DNA of 64,000 nt from Phyllobates terribilis (lineage: Eukaryota): NCBI RefSeq assembly GCF_046119375.1, contig NW_027362772.1, positions 75,206,001 through 75,270,000 on the forward strand. The letters run 5' to 3'. Below, in pieces: positions 49,110 to 63,177 of this stretch. The notes beneath the pieces were generated by a model. That model made no database searches. It was not told where the DNA came from and worked only from the letters and a program-made list of their open reading frames with translations. The first letter of the stretch is position 1. Each line of letters starts with the position of its first letter. A program made the position numbers and the translations under genes.

Positions 49110-51538
49110 TACATAGTCAGGGAAAGTGGGGTCAGAGTTAAAAGGATCAAGCAGAGTAAATAGATAGAAGAGATATCAGTTCAAAAGTCTAACCAGATAG
49201 GTCATCCAGAACTTAATCAGAGGAATGATTAGGAATGCAGCCAGATAAAAACACAGAACTACAGTCCAAATATTTAAAAGAGTATGCAATGGGTGGCATG
49301 GGTAAAAGAGCATTGGTTCGTTGACCAGTCCTTGCGTGCTGATCAGCCAGACCATCTAATAATGTCCAAAATGAAGTGTCTAAAATAGTGTCAAAAATGA
49401 AGACAGGTCATGATCAGGAACATTCGGTATGGGAGCAGGAATGGGTATGTTTGTAACAGAAAACCCTTTATAAATACTTTTATTTGTTGATGGAAACTGA
49501 AAGTAATGGTACAGAATCTATTGTCTTGGGTCTACCTTGCTGTGGTTAGTGATGAGTGAATTAAATTCAGCAGTTCTCTTAAATTCCATCATATTTATTC
49601 TATACTAATTCAATGCCTCTTATTATTGTCTAGAAGCTCTGTGTGTGGTAGCTTAGCAGGACTTAATATGAATGCCACAAACAGAACTTGCACTATCACT
49701 CCATCTAGCAAATCCCAGAGGGTGCCCTGGCCTTCATACTTTAATATCTATAAAGGGATTTCTCTGGCATTACAGAGGGAACCCTGGGTTGGGTGCATGG
49801 AGTGGCTGCTGGCAGAGAATGGTCAGAATGCCGAGTCAATATAAAAAGGTCTAAAACAGGAGCAAAATAGTCAAAAACATGGGCCATGGTCAGAAACCAG
49901 ACTAAAACTAACTGGACAGTAGCAGAAAAACAGGAGTGAACCAGGGTAAGAGAACTTTTAACTGGCAGGTAGAAGTAAGGTTTATATAGTGTGAGCCACC
50001 CCCAAGGCTCACAGATGGGAGTAAACTAGATGACCAAGTTAAGGAGTTAACGTTCAACCTCCTTGTTTGGATGGCAACTGTAGTCCAAGAATATCCACCC
50101 AAACTGCTCCACTCTCGCCCAAGGTCACCTAAGGACAGAGGCAAATGGAATGAACATAAGCATGGTATCTTTTCCACTTCTCCAATGCGCTCAATGTCTT
50201 CTTCCTTCATCTTTATTTTGCGTCTATGCTCCTGGAGCTGAGTAGGCCTCTGAAGCCATGATGTTCATTGCCCAGGACACTGACATGTTATCAAAGACTT
50301 ATCTGCGTGCAAAGACCCGGTTCAGAGTGAAGATGGCGGAAATATACATAGCGTACAATGGAGGAGTAAAGAAGAATCCAGGAGGAGCTGCACATAGGCT
50401 GCGGCAGTAGGACAGGTGAGTGGTCAAGTATAATTTTTTTCACCAACTTCCCGCCCTTAATAAATGACAGAAATGGTGGCCAGCAGGCCACCAATTTGCT
50501 GGATTTGCCCAAAAGAAATCCTGAAAAATTCAAATTCTAGATGATCAAAATTTTTGGTGTAATTGAAGGCAAATTCAATTTGCTTCGAATGGATGAATTT
50601 ATCTCTAATATATGGCAGACATTTTTACAACGTACATCAAACATTATATTGGTCCCCAAAAGTTCAGCAGAAATTTTATGGGATGACTCACTAATAACCT
50701 ACTACATCCTATTGATGACTTGTACAATGATAACGATAACATTATAAATGATAATGCACATGTTCTGTATAGATGAAGCTCGGACCTCCAGAATAATCAA
50801 ATAGTAGTCAAGGGACCCCAGCCTGATCTGTCTATGTGTTATATACAGTAGATGACTACTGGTGTAATAAGGATTCAGGATTCTTGATAATTTATTGCTT
50901 TATGTAAATATTTCCCGGCAGTCATCATTAATAAAAAGGTAAGTAATGACATTGACAGCGTAGCTAATGAAATGAAGTTTCTTTCGGATACGATGACATC
51001 CACTGGGCTGAAAGAAGGTGGAATATATTTTACCTCTCCCAAATCATACTGATACTTATAATACCAAATTTTAATTGTATGCAATATTACATTATTTCTA
51101 GGCTTTTTATGCCTTTGTTTTTACCAAAGAGCCAAGCTATGTTTTTATTCCTTGTACATAAATGGACGTAAATAAATCCCCCGATGGATTTTTCTGTCTT
51201 ACTGTAATTTGTCCATGTCATCCAGAATGATTCATGGATTTTGGTTATTAGTTTGTGTGCCTCACAGTCTCCTGTGTCTTAGGTATTTTTCCACCAGAGG
51301 AATTGGTATAATATTGCTAGGGTATTCCTGGGTGATGGAGACTGACTAATGGGACCACCAGCAGGGGTGTATCTATAGGGAGAGCAGAGGTCACGGTGAT
51401 GACAGAGGGAGTCACTTAAAGAGACTGCAAAAAAAAATATATATATATACTGTATATTTATGCTGGAGGTCTGTTTCCACCCTAGAAAAATCTCTAACAA
51501 GCAGCCTAGATTCTTTGCTGATGCATTTTATCTACATT

Positions 51539-51807
51539 CAGGCTCGGACTGGCCCATCGGAGAACAGGACAATCCTCTGGTAGGCCCCTCTGAATGAGTA
51601 CTAATGAGCAGTGCTATTACGCTTGATTCACAATTTGCAGAAAAAGGTTTCATCTAATCATTCATTAAATAAGCTATTCAAATTAATATTACATAGAAGC
51701 AAAAATAAATTTGTGTACTAGGGTCAGGTTACTTTTGCATGTGGCTGAACAGCGGGGCTCAAGAATCAATGTTACTGGTGGGCCTTTGCCAACCCAGTCT
51801 GACGCTG
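51539..51807. mobile_element. hAT MITE
   Basis: CAGGCTCGGACTGG / CCAGTCTGACGCTG termini. 8-bp TSD TCTACATT / TCTGCATT (7 of 8 match). Confidence 0.75.
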
Positions 51808-53379
51808 TCTGCATTGATACATTATATCATATACTACAGGTAGATTTTGTCTTCTGGTGGTCACGTAACATTGTTGTGTTATGTGACCACTGCACCCAGT
51901 GTCAGACAGGAAAACATTGAGCCCACCATTCATCTATACAAAATCATTGCATTAGCATGAAAAGGTTTTAGTTCAAACCAGGGCAAATTTTCGTCCGGCA
52001 CTGCATTTTATGTTATTGCCATAAGATATACATTGTTAGGATTCAACTCTGTTTGCCTGTTCATTCAGTCGATAAGTGATCGATCACATGTGATTTGAAT
52101 ACAAGTGCCAATGAACTAATCTTTCTGCTTCTTGGAATATCAATGTTAAAGCATTAAAAGAAGCAGGGAGAGAAATTAGTCGCATACGACCACAAGTATG
52201 TAAATCGCCATTGGATTTTTCCTCCACCATTGTATGAAATGGTTTCTTCATCCTTGGGATGCAAATACAATTGAAACCAGGGGTCCAATGCCATTCTGGG
52301 GTCTTATAATGGCAGTGAAGATAGGCCAGGGTCCACCAGTGGATTCTCCACTTCTCCAGTGGGCAAGTCAGATGCTGGTTGCAGCCTTTCAACATTCCAT
52401 TAGTGTGGCCACTGATTAGCATCAGAGCTCAGATGACGTAACATGACACATGACAGCCAAGGGACACAGTGCTGATATTTAAGGAACGGCGCTTGTCCAG
52501 ACGGCAAGTATACACTTTTTTTTTTATTTTATGATGGGAAATTATGCAAAATAAATCAAGTTATTTACAATAAGATACATGTGGATGGGTTTCTGAGCAA
52601 AAATGAACATGGAAAAACAAGCAAGTTTCTGATTTTAAATTCTGCTGGATATTAAATATGTTCAAAGAATATGAATTCCTTCTGGGATATTTTCATTTAC
52701 CGTACTTAAATCAAAGTATTTTGGGCAAAAAAAGCATTTTTTACATTTGGGTTTCATTAAAAAAATTGCACTTTACAAGCTGCAGAATGAGTCAACTGGG
52801 AATCCACCAGTGAGTCTCTCTGTTCTGACAAAGAGTTTGCAACTCTTGTACCTGTCTTTCTCAGAGCTTCTCTAATCTGATTTATGACAAATTTAAAGAT
52901 CAGTTCAACTTCAATAGGGTAGACACAGAGCAGTTCAGAAAAAGACAAATAAAAGAGTTCTAAACTCCCGTCAGAACAAACTCACTGATGGATTCTCAGT
53001 CAACTCATTCTGCAATCATCAATATGCAGGAAAACAGTGCAAACCCAATTACAAAAATGACTTTGAAGAGCAACCATCATTTTAATTTTTATTTCAGAAA
53101 TTATCTTCTCAGAGGCATCCACTTCTTTCTCCTACTGGACTTATCTTTTATTCTCAATAGCCTTGATGGGCTGTGTAGGTGCAGTTTCCTCTGCCCTACT
53201 GTGGGCAGAGTATATGACATCACTGCACAAGCGCCGAGCAGCATCATCCCTCTCATTTCTGGTGGCAGAGAAAAAAAGACAATAAAGGAGAAAGCTTCCG
53301 GTACGTTGGAGCCAGAATGACATCGCTCGGTTCCTGATCAGCAAGTCTCTTTACTCGCTCAGCGGTTCAGCATCCTATT

Positions 53380-54215
53380 TCTTCCACCACTGGAGCCCTG
53401 GATCTACAAATCGGTCACCACACTAGTCCCATGAGCTCAGTCCTGTTTTGGCCCATTACCTTCAACATTACAAGCTCCGGGGTTCATGACTCGCCATCCT
53501 TTCCACGGATCCTTCTCCAGAAGGCCACCATGTCTCATTTTCACTTCTTAGCCACTTCAGGATCTCGCTATCCCTGACCTTTGGGTCTCCTCTTTCTATG
53601 GATCACTCTTTAGGCAGCACTGCTCACTTAGCACTCCAAACTCAAACCCACTAACCACAGGAAGCTGTAATACTAACCCTACCCCCTGTGGGCTAATCCC
53701 AAACATTAATTCTATTTTACCCTAATGTCACTACCTATGCTACAGTCAACTATCTTTCCCTATTCTACCTATCTTATACACTATACATTTCATTACTATA
53801 CACTATAATACCTTACATTATCCAATCCTACATTACACATTACTTACATTTCCCACCCCCTATGGGCTAGTCCCAAAAGTTAATTATATTTTACCCTGTC
53901 ACTACCCATACTACAGTCAACTATCTTTCCCTATTCTACCTATCTTATACACTATGCATTACACTATAATAACTTACATTATCCCATCCTACATTTTACA
54001 TTACTAACATTTCCCACCCCCTATGGGCTAGTCCCAAAATGTAATTCTATTTTACCTTAATGTCACTATACATTACTAACATTGCTTATCTCACACTACT
54101 ACAACACAATTCACACGACGCTATACAAAAAACGCAAGACATAATACACACACAACACAATTTTAGTCTTCAGGGGTAGAAATGCGACAGCAGAGTCCAC
54201 CATCCTTACACTTAT
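53380..54215. repeat. Unclassified interspersed repeat, copy 1, with an internal ~170-bp triplication (53683-54100)
   Basis: Aligns by eye to 57250-57720. CCCCCT(G/A)TGGGCTA(A/G)TCCCAAA occurs three times. Confidence 0.6.
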
Positions 54216-55816
54216 AAAAATAAAAATCCATTTAATATCTAACACAGACGATTATTTACCACAGTAGATGAAAATGAAATCTAGAGTAGGTGCCATTGAC
54301 CAGAATGGGGTTACACGGGCGCCGTACATTATATTGTCTCCCTTATTACTTGACAGCTCTCATATTGGTTTTATTAACATCACAAGGTCTAGAAGCTGAA
54401 TATTGATCATGCATAAAAATAGCACCGCGTCTCCTTCTCCACCAAACACCCACAACCCCTTCAGGGCTCATGAAATGACAACTTCAAAAATAAAAAGTCT
54501 TCAACTTTGTATCTCTCGCAAATAAAAATGATGGAGCTGGCCGAAAGCAATGCCACCGAAGGCAGCCAAGCAAGCGATGTTTACCACCTCCTGTATTTTT
54601 TCCTTCTAACCGTGCCCATTAAAAATAAAAAAAAAAAGCGTAGGATTAAATATCCGCTGTCTTCACAGGGAACACTTATCATATCAGATGTCAGTTGGGA
54701 AAAAAATTATATCTGCCTTATAAAAAGATTTGCTGACTTGCAGAACGCCTTTTTTTTTTCACTGTCTGTTCCTCTCATCCGTCGTTGCAGCGTTTCATGG
54801 GTTAACGCCGTGCATGGTACAGAAAGGGAGTGACGGAGCAATGCATACCGGGTAAAAAAAAAAAAAAAAAAAATCAATATGTTTTTATCCAGATCAGAAT
54901 ATTAAGTGGCATTGGGGACGAGCTGTAGATTCTTCGCTCTGTCTGAGCCGTCGATCCTTCTGCGCTTCCCTGTTACATTTTCAAAGACCAACATGTGGGT
55001 TCTATTGTATCAGAGGATTTATAGCCCACAGCTATGGGGGTAGGGGGAGCTCCGAGTTTGATCTCTGTCTTTTAAATTCCTTTTTATTTTCACGACATAA
55101 GGAGAAAAAAAAAAAATCAAGCGCTGAGAGATAATCCCAAGCAGAGCCATCCGTTGTATAACGATCCTTCATAATATAGTATTATCGGAAGTACCTCTGA
55201 AATCTTGGGGAAAAAGAAGCGTCATTTATTTTTTTGGTATAAATATAAGAGACTTTGGTTGATTTAAGTGCTCATTCTCTCTCTTCTTTTGGCTGGAATG
55301 AGATCCAAAATGTACCTTAGGGTAATAAATATTATTTTCGCTTGGCTACTCAAATATTTCTGGAGAACGTCCAACGGAAAGCTTTGCCAGGATCGGCATT
55401 TTGTTACAATATTTTAGATGATGTCAGAGTTAAGTGCGAGAAGTCATTCTTCTTATCAACCATCAATGGTTTATTTATTAATGTAGACGTATTATGGTGA
55501 CAGATTGCGGAACGTTGAGCATTTTAAGAAATGTTGTCCAAATAATGTGTCATCCATTGATCCCCTCTTGGGATCATCTCTCATCTTCCAAACCTCATGC
55601 ACCAGTGTTCTCCAAGCAGGGATTCCTTAACAATGGCTAAATGAGGAAACGAGGTCTCTCCGGGTCAGAGCCTTTTCCAGCCAAGAAGAACTTGGATATT
55701 TATTGGGAGGTATCTTCTTTAAGACAACACAGAAGACTTCAGCTTTTCCACAGTTGCAAAAGCAGCCAGGCAATATGAGCGCAGTGTTATTGGAGAGAAG
55801 CAATGTCCAGCGATAG

Positions 55817-56394
55817 TGTCACGAAAGATGTAGGAAAGACTAAGTGCAACACGAAGGGAAGAGGGGAAGGGAGCCCAGGCACTAGGGAAAGGGGGAGTGG
55901 AGACCTCCTAGGCTGATCTGATATCACCCTGTCTCCCCTATCATCCCTATATTGGTTCCACACCAATCACCACAAAGGAACTTAAACCCTGTATTTCTCT
56001 AGAGATTGGCCCTGGAAAGGGAAGGGGGGTGAGCGCTAGTCAGTCCCCACTAACAACTAAAGGCAACAAGGAAGACAAACACAGGGGAAAATAGCTTAGC
56101 TTGAGCCGACTTCAGAGAGATTACACAACACATCCTCGTAGCACCAGAGAGGAAGTAAGCAGACTGCAATAGCTCCAAGCCTTCACAAGGGAACACGTGA
56201 ATATCACTGACACCTCCCTGTAGCAAACAGAAAGTATTTAAACACCCAGGCCTGGGTGTCAATTGGCAGGAGGGAGGTAGCCACTGGGACCTAGAGTGAG
56301 AAAGATCTAAGAAAGTGTCTGTAATGCGAAACGAAGAGATCTTCTGCAACCAACTGCAGGGTGACTGTCTGTCACATCTGACACACCCGTGACA
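55817..56394. mobile_element. Solo LTR (578 bp)
   Basis: TGTCACG...CGTGACA perfect terminal inverted repeat. TSD GATAG / AATAG (4 of 5 match). Confidence 0.82.
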
Positions 56395-57249
56395 AATAGT
56401 GGGTAGATATAAGCCGATCGATCCACGAAGGATCAAGTTTGAGTCAAATTTCTAGAAGTTCACAGTGTCACGAGAATTCAAACATTTTGAGATTTGATTC
56501 GTGGTTCAAAAGTAAAAATAACTTGCCCCGGTCCGCACTGCTGAAGCATCAAAGAGTGGATTCATGTCTTCTTGCGTGGCCGTGCAACCTCCTCATAATG
56601 CCCTGCAGCTATGACATCTAGCGGATTATCACATCTTGTACAGTTATAATGTGGCGTGGGGCAGTAGCCATGGGCGATGCAATTTTCTGTGGCATCCCAG
56701 CGTGTTACATGAAAGTGGAGGTCCTGGCTAGGTGTGTTGACTTGTGCTGTGAGGGCCTTACGGTCATGCAGGCCACATGTAACTGTTGCTGTGGGTTTGC
56801 CAGGACCAGATGGTTCACAGTTCAGTGAGGGAGACCACCATTCCAAAATAAACTCTTTACTAAACAGTAACTTGGTAAGGGTTATATACTGTATAAGGGA
56901 TATCGGGTACAAAGTCTTTTGGACGTTTCCGTTACAATTTGAAGCATTTTCCACACAGTTTCCTTCCTTAGGCCACGGCCCCACAAGCAGTATTTTGATA
57001 GCCAAAGCCAGGAGTGGGTGACTTGTTTCTATTATACCTTTTCTCTGATTGTTCCTCACCTGGTTTTGGCTCCCACTCCTGAGAAAAAATACGGACCGAA
57101 TACTGAACAAATACTGATAGTGGGGCCGTGGCCTTAGTAGTATACTCCAGGGATCTCAATGTTTGCTGTTTCTCACTACTTCACCAAAACCCAGCTTTAA
57201 CACTACAGTCCTGATCAACAAGTGTCATCTACTTGTTCTGCAGTTTCAC

Positions 57250-57720
57250 TTACCATTACTGTGGCCCTTGAACTCCCGCTTGGGACCTTTCACTTGTCCC
57301 ATGTACTCAGACCTGCTTAGGCCTGTCATCTTCCAGTGTTGCAAGCTCGGGGTCTCGTGGCTAGGCGTCCTTTCCTGGGACACCTCTCTGGAAGGCCACG
57401 CTGTCTCTCTGTCATGTATGCAAAGAATCTTGCTATCACTTCTCTTCGGTCTCCTCTTATTTAGGGTCACCCTCGAATGTGGCAGTGTGCACCTTGAACC
57501 TTTTGGTCCGCTCTCTAAGCACTCTGGCCCTATTTGACTTTCCATCAGGAAGTTCTCCGCTGTCTCCCACACAGCACCTCCCATTCTGGGATAGTCCCAA
57601 ACATTAACGCTAACTGTTCCTACAGTCAAACTACACATTACACATACTTCAACAACAATACTTGCTTCTTCACGGGGGAAACGTGGACAGCATGTCCATA
57701 TTCTTACACAGTGGTGGTCA
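57250..57720. repeat. Unclassified interspersed repeat, copy 2
   Basis: CACTTGTCCCATGTACTCAGACCTG...CAAGCTCGGGGTCTCGTG...CCTTTCC...GAAGGCCAC parallels 53420-53530. TAGTCCCAAACATTAA is shared. Confidence 0.55.
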
Positions 57721-57805
57721 GTACCGGGGCCATCAAAGATCAGCGGTTCCCAATGCAGCACAGTTCATACAACAAAGTTATTTTCTACCTCCAGAGTCAC
57801 TGGCT

Positions 57806-59503
57806 AAGTCTCTCTCCTGTGGAGTGTAAGCTCTTATTGTCAACGGGGTCCACTCTCTCCTGTAGAGTGTAAGTGACTCGCCCCCTGGGCCGTGGAGTAC
57901 CCAGAACCGGGCCTTCTTGTGTACGGTGCTGATGGGGGTAGTAGTGGCAACCTGGTCCCATGGCTCAGGGCAGTCAGACCAATGTTGTGGCAGTCTATTT
58001 ATAGATTTGTGAATATCTGACTACGCCACCCGTGGATTGCGGTCAGGGATAACTGCCACTGCGAGGCAGACCGCTGAGGCTGGTGTTGGTGTGCAGCACA
58101 GGGGTAGGATAACTCCCCACGGGAAGAGTGTAGCCTCAGGGCAGTGTAGGTGGATGCTGGGGGTGATAGTGCTGGCCGCAATAGTAAAAGTTCAGAGCCC
58201 GTTTCAAAACAGTTCTGGGTCTTTATTGTAGATGTTATTAATGACCCAACAGTAGTACCGGTTAGGAATGGGCCTGGGTATCTGAGAGAATTCGGGGAAC
58301 CCCACTGGTCAGGGTGAGTGTGTAGGCCTACCGTTCTCTCTATGCTCTTTCTGACTATCCCCCTCTTCGTGGTGTAATAGCCCACGTCCCTGAGCTGGCC
58401 GTGTACTTCTCGCCCGTATGGCTTGCGACTCGGGCCTTGGGTACCTTTTGCTTTCTCCTCGCTGTACTGGTCCCTCTGTGTGGCGGAGCCTCCAGGCTTC
58501 TTAGGCCAAGGGACTTGAAATCCCTCGCGGGTTGGTTCTCTGCTGCTGGGCTTATAACCCTGACAGCCTCGGACCCCAATGTCCGGTTGTGTGATTCTCT
58601 CAGCCAGGATCGGCTCTCGTCGCCTCTGTCCCTGGCTCGCAGTCTCTCCTCTGCCTCACGGACTCCTCAGCTGCTGCTGACCTGTCCCTTTTCTCTGAGA
58701 ACCCTTCTGGTCACTACAGAAGTGGGTTCTGGTCTCTCTAACCCTGCCCCAGTTCCAGCTTTTATAGGGCAGCCCACTCCCCCTACTGGCCTGGGACAGG
58801 AGGTGCTGCATGCTAATGGTCCCTAAACCAGGGAACCTCCCTCCTGCTCTCAGACACAGATTATTATTTGTGGCATCCAGGCCTGGGGTGACACATAAGC
58901 TCCTATGGTCAGTGTGGTCCTCTCTCTCTTTCTCCTGTAAAGTGTAAGCTCTTATTGTCAATGGGGTCCCCTCTCTCTCTCTTTCTCCTGTAGAGTGTAA
59001 GCTCTTATGGTCAGTGGGGTCCTCTCTCTCTCCTGTAGAATGTAAGATCTTATGGTCAGCGGGGTCCTCTCTCTCTCCTGTAGAGTGTAAGCTCTTATGG
59101 TCAGCGGGGTCCTCTCCTGTAGGGTGTAAGCTCGTATGGTCAGTGGGTTCCTCTTTCTCTTCTGTAGAGTGTAAGCTGTTATGGTCAGCGAGGTCCTTAC
59201 TCTCCTGTAGAGTGTAAGCTTTTATGGTCAGCAGGGTCCTCTCTCTTCTGTAGAGTGCAATCTCTTATGGTCAGTGGGGTCCTCTCTCTCTCTCCTGTAG
59301 AGTGTAAGCTCTTATGGTCAGCGGGGTCCTCTCTCTCCTGTAGAGTGTAATCTCTTATGGTCAGCGGGGTCCTCTCTCTCTCCTGTAGAGTGTAAGCTCT
59401 TATGGTCAGCGGGGTCCTCTCTCTCTCCTGTAGAGTGTAAGCTCTTATGGTCAGCGGGGTCCTCTCTCTCTTTCCTGTAGAGTGTAAGCTCTTATGGTCA
59501 GTG
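57806..59503. repeat. ~39-53-bp minisatellite resembling an L2/SINE 3'-tail motif, split by a solo LTR (~1.5 units before, ~13.5 after)
   Basis: Unit TAGAGTGTAAGCTCTTATGGTCAGCGGGGTCC(TC)nCTG. Confidence 0.92.
57874..58895 (-). mobile_element. Solo LTR (1022 bp), related to 7937-9147, with 4-bp TSD
   Basis: Minus strand reads TGTGTCACCCC...GGGGGCGAGTCA. TAAG on both sides (57870-57873, 58896-58899). TATAAAA on the minus strand at 58760-58766. Confidence 0.92.
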
Positions 59504-60894
59504 GGATTGCGTTTCACTCATTCTGCTCCCCCACATGTATTATTTTCCAAGTAATTACAAGCTTTCCAGCATTGAGATTTGGACAAATTTAATTGGGGAA
59601 ACATTTGGCAAAGTCGGTGAATTCGTTTTCAAAAGATCCGCTCATCACTAGTCAATGCAACTAAGTAAAAATATAATGTGATGCATGAATTATGTAATGC
59701 TTAATTGGCCCAGTAAAGATTTTTGAAGTATAAATAAATGTTGAGTTTTCAAGGAAAAGAAGAATTCCTGGTGGTAATAAGGTTCAGAATAAGGATCATG
59801 CAAACACAGGCCAACTAAATAGAAATCTGGACAACCCATGTATGATATAGGAGTAACGGAGGAAACTAGAGAAGAGCAACTTGAACTCCAGAACCTGCTC
59901 TTGACCCCAAGTCAATAGTGTTTTTCATGCAATGAAGGAACAGCCCTACAGATAAGTCCTTTCTTCATTCATTACCAATGGTCTTTGTAGCCCTCTGATG
60001 GACGTAGTGAATTAAAAGCGAGGTTTCCAAAATCTGTGATCTTGACCACATTGTACCAACTCCTGTTAATAATTAAAAGTAACTAGCTGCAATTAATCAA
60101 CTCGCACGTTGTGGACAACGATCCTTTAAGATGGAAAGTCTCATCGTGCGGAATAAATTGCTTTGTTCCTTTCTTGGTTCATGAAGTCAATCAATTCCGA
60201 ACCATGTTATTTGCCTGTCGATAGACTTGTTCAGACAGAGCAGTCCAGCTGGAAATGCCATTCTCATGTATGTAGGAACGTGACAATGAGACAACTCCTT
60301 TGTAGCTAATAATAGCTTGACTTTATCCCAAGATTAACCTTTGAATATGTTTCTAATTAGTTTTTGCTTTTAATTATTTTTTGGACAACTCATTTATCTT
60401 GAAGTGCGCACATGTATCTGGCAGGACGTTTAATCATTATTTAATCATTCCCATCATAAAGAAGTCATTATATCCTTTTGTTTCCTAATGTAGATATGAG
60501 GTTTTATAAAACTTATGGGATTTCCTACACCTACACATAAGTCATTCAAGAAATAAATAAATTACTTAAGGCAGCCTGTGGTTTCAGGATAAGCTGTCAT
60601 GAGTAGAGTACCAGCTATCTCTGAGCTAGTGAGTGGAGACTGGCTGCTATGATGTTTCCCATACACAGCGCACACAAACAAATGAAGGATTCCTGCTCTC
60701 TTGTCTCTATGTAGCACATGTTCTGCATGAACGACATTATGCACCAGTACTAAGCAGAATAGCTGGGAATACAACACAGGGGTGAGATAAAACACTCATT
60801 TGAAAGAAGCAGCATGAATCTATCTGTGTCTCTCTGCCTTTTTAGATTTTGCCTCCTCCTCCCGTTCAACTCTCCGCAGACTTCAATAAGTAGC

Positions 60895-61875
60895 TGTGAC
60901 GCTCGCAAGCCCTGCCCTGGGAAAAGATAGGGGGATACTCGGAGCCGGGTCAGATGTTGAGAGGGAATGCAGCCGTGGCCTGGACCCGTTCCGTGCCCAG
61001 GGCCGTCACATTAAAAATGATGTTAGGGCTTTCCGGGTTGAGTGATAATTTGTCGACTACGCCACCTCTGGTGTCTGGTGAAGGGGCCACCAGCGCCGCT
61101 ACAGTCCGCTGAGGCCTGGTGTCATGGCGGCTAGCGTTATTACTGCTCCCCACAGACGGAGCAAGGCCTCAGGGCAGGCAAACAGGACAAAGGGGGGTAG
61201 CAGTAGCGCGGGGAGTACGGGCACCGTGTCGCGTGGTATGGCGCGTAATGAACAGTCCGGAGGCCATAGAGATGAATTTCCAAGGCTTTACTCACAGTTC
61301 TCTCAAGCAGCGCAAGGCTTCTCCTTGCTCCTCACGGAGTCCTGCGGCCACCAGGAACGGGGGTCCGACTACCTCCGAGGAAGTCCAGTGTGAGGCAGCA
61401 TCCCTACACCAGAGTGTTCCTGCACTACAGACTTTACCCTTTCCCGTCTGTGCGTGTGTAGTAGATAGGCCAGGTCTCCCTCTGAGCTCCTCTCAGGTAT
61501 AGGGCTCGGGTGGCAATTCCTCTCCATCTGAAGCCCGGCGGGATCCTCAGGGCCTAACCGGGCTTTCCCATCCTGGACATAGAGTACGAAGTCGGGTGTC
61601 GGGGGCCGGTAAGCCTCTTGCAGCCGGAATCCCTCTGAATAGATCAGGTAGGCGAGGACAGGTGGCGTGCTCCACTCCGTCTGCATCCTCCCCGGGACCC
61701 ATTTGCTAGGGAGCCACACTCTAAAGCTCCCGGGCCTTCTTGATCCTGGTCCTTGGCCGGGTTGAGACATTCCTTGTCTGCAACCTACCTCTCGTCCCAT
61801 AGATCGGGGTACGAGGGCTGTGTCCCATGCCGGTGCAGGCCCACACAGGATCTGCGCTCCCGGAGGGAAGTCACA
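60895..61875 (-). mobile_element. Probable solo LTR, more distant relative of the same group
   Basis: TGTGAC...GTCACA termini. Shares the CGACTACGCCACC motif and CGCTGAGGC..TGGTGT at the equivalent position. No TSD found. Confidence 0.65.
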
Positions 61876-63177
61876 TCACACACAGTTCATGACAGCACAG
61901 TACGACCACTAAGAAGGTCAGTCTTCTATTGAGCAACACAGATCTAAGCAGTTTTCAGATCCAATGACAAATTAAGCAGGCATGGAGAGAAGAAGTGGCC
62001 CATAAGTGGAGAAAGAAGTTTCTCATATTTACTTTTTCTATTGTTTTAGACACACTTGAATTATTTATCTTTCCCAAGAATTGTTGGGCCTGTAAGGGTT
62101 TTCCAACCACAGACATCTACGGCATTTGCTATTAATGTCTGATTCATGGTTGTACCATCTCTGAGATATACATTCATCATAGGTGCATGGAAGCCTGGCA
62201 GTCTTTTGCCTGTCTGAAACTAAAGTAGCCTACACACAAAACTGCAGATAATCGTGGATAATTTAGAATTTTGTTTGCATTTAGATGGTAATTTTCTCCT
62301 TCCGCTGATCAATTTTGTTTAGCTTTGATCAAGGCCGGTGTCAACAATGTTGAAAAGTGGGCAGGTTTGGGCTAATTGCACCTCTCGCAGCCTACTACTG
62401 ACCAAATTGCTAGTCGAAAGGACTGTTTAGACTTCAATCACAGTTGGAATGAGCAACTGGCAAACTCCTGTCTTCATGGTGAAATTATTGGTCCAAGGCA
62501 CAAAGCCAAGCTTGGCATCAACTGTTGAGGCTGGTCATGGGAAAGCAACACTTAGGGGTTAAGATCAGCAATCTTTGGTCATTGAGAGTTGAAACCAAAA
62601 CTGCAAACATGCCCTCAGTTCCTCGCTATAAGGGAATTCTGGAAATTGTAATTTTGCTGGGGTGTCAAAGTTTTCTGATTCCTGCAATAAAGTGTATTGC
62701 GAAAACCCAAAAATTGTGAAAGAAGATGGGTTCAAAGTAGCCTATATGCATTGGAGGAAAGTTTTTTTTGAATGCGCTCATTTTCGATGGGTGATCAAAC
62801 TATTTAATGTACTGTAGATGGGGGTCTCCCGATTATACTCTGGCAGATGTTTGGGAAACAATGATTATATATGTTGAATAACAGTACCAGATTGTTGAGT
62901 TCTCAGTGATGATAAGCTGCCGACAGGGGTATTTGGTATCTTCTTTCTCCGCTCCTCCCACTAAAAACTTACATGCTTGGCTGAACCCAAAGCTTTGAGG
63001 AGTAGCTGACAACCAAATCAGAGTTTGATTGACAATTATTAAAGGTGTATATAGTCTGGAAAGGAAAAAAAGGATACGGGTACACATAGAGAATTAGAAC
63101 GGGTTGTTCCCGTTAAGAAAATCTTCGCATACTGCTTCAGTTTGTTCTAAAATACCATGTAGAAATTCAAAGACAAC

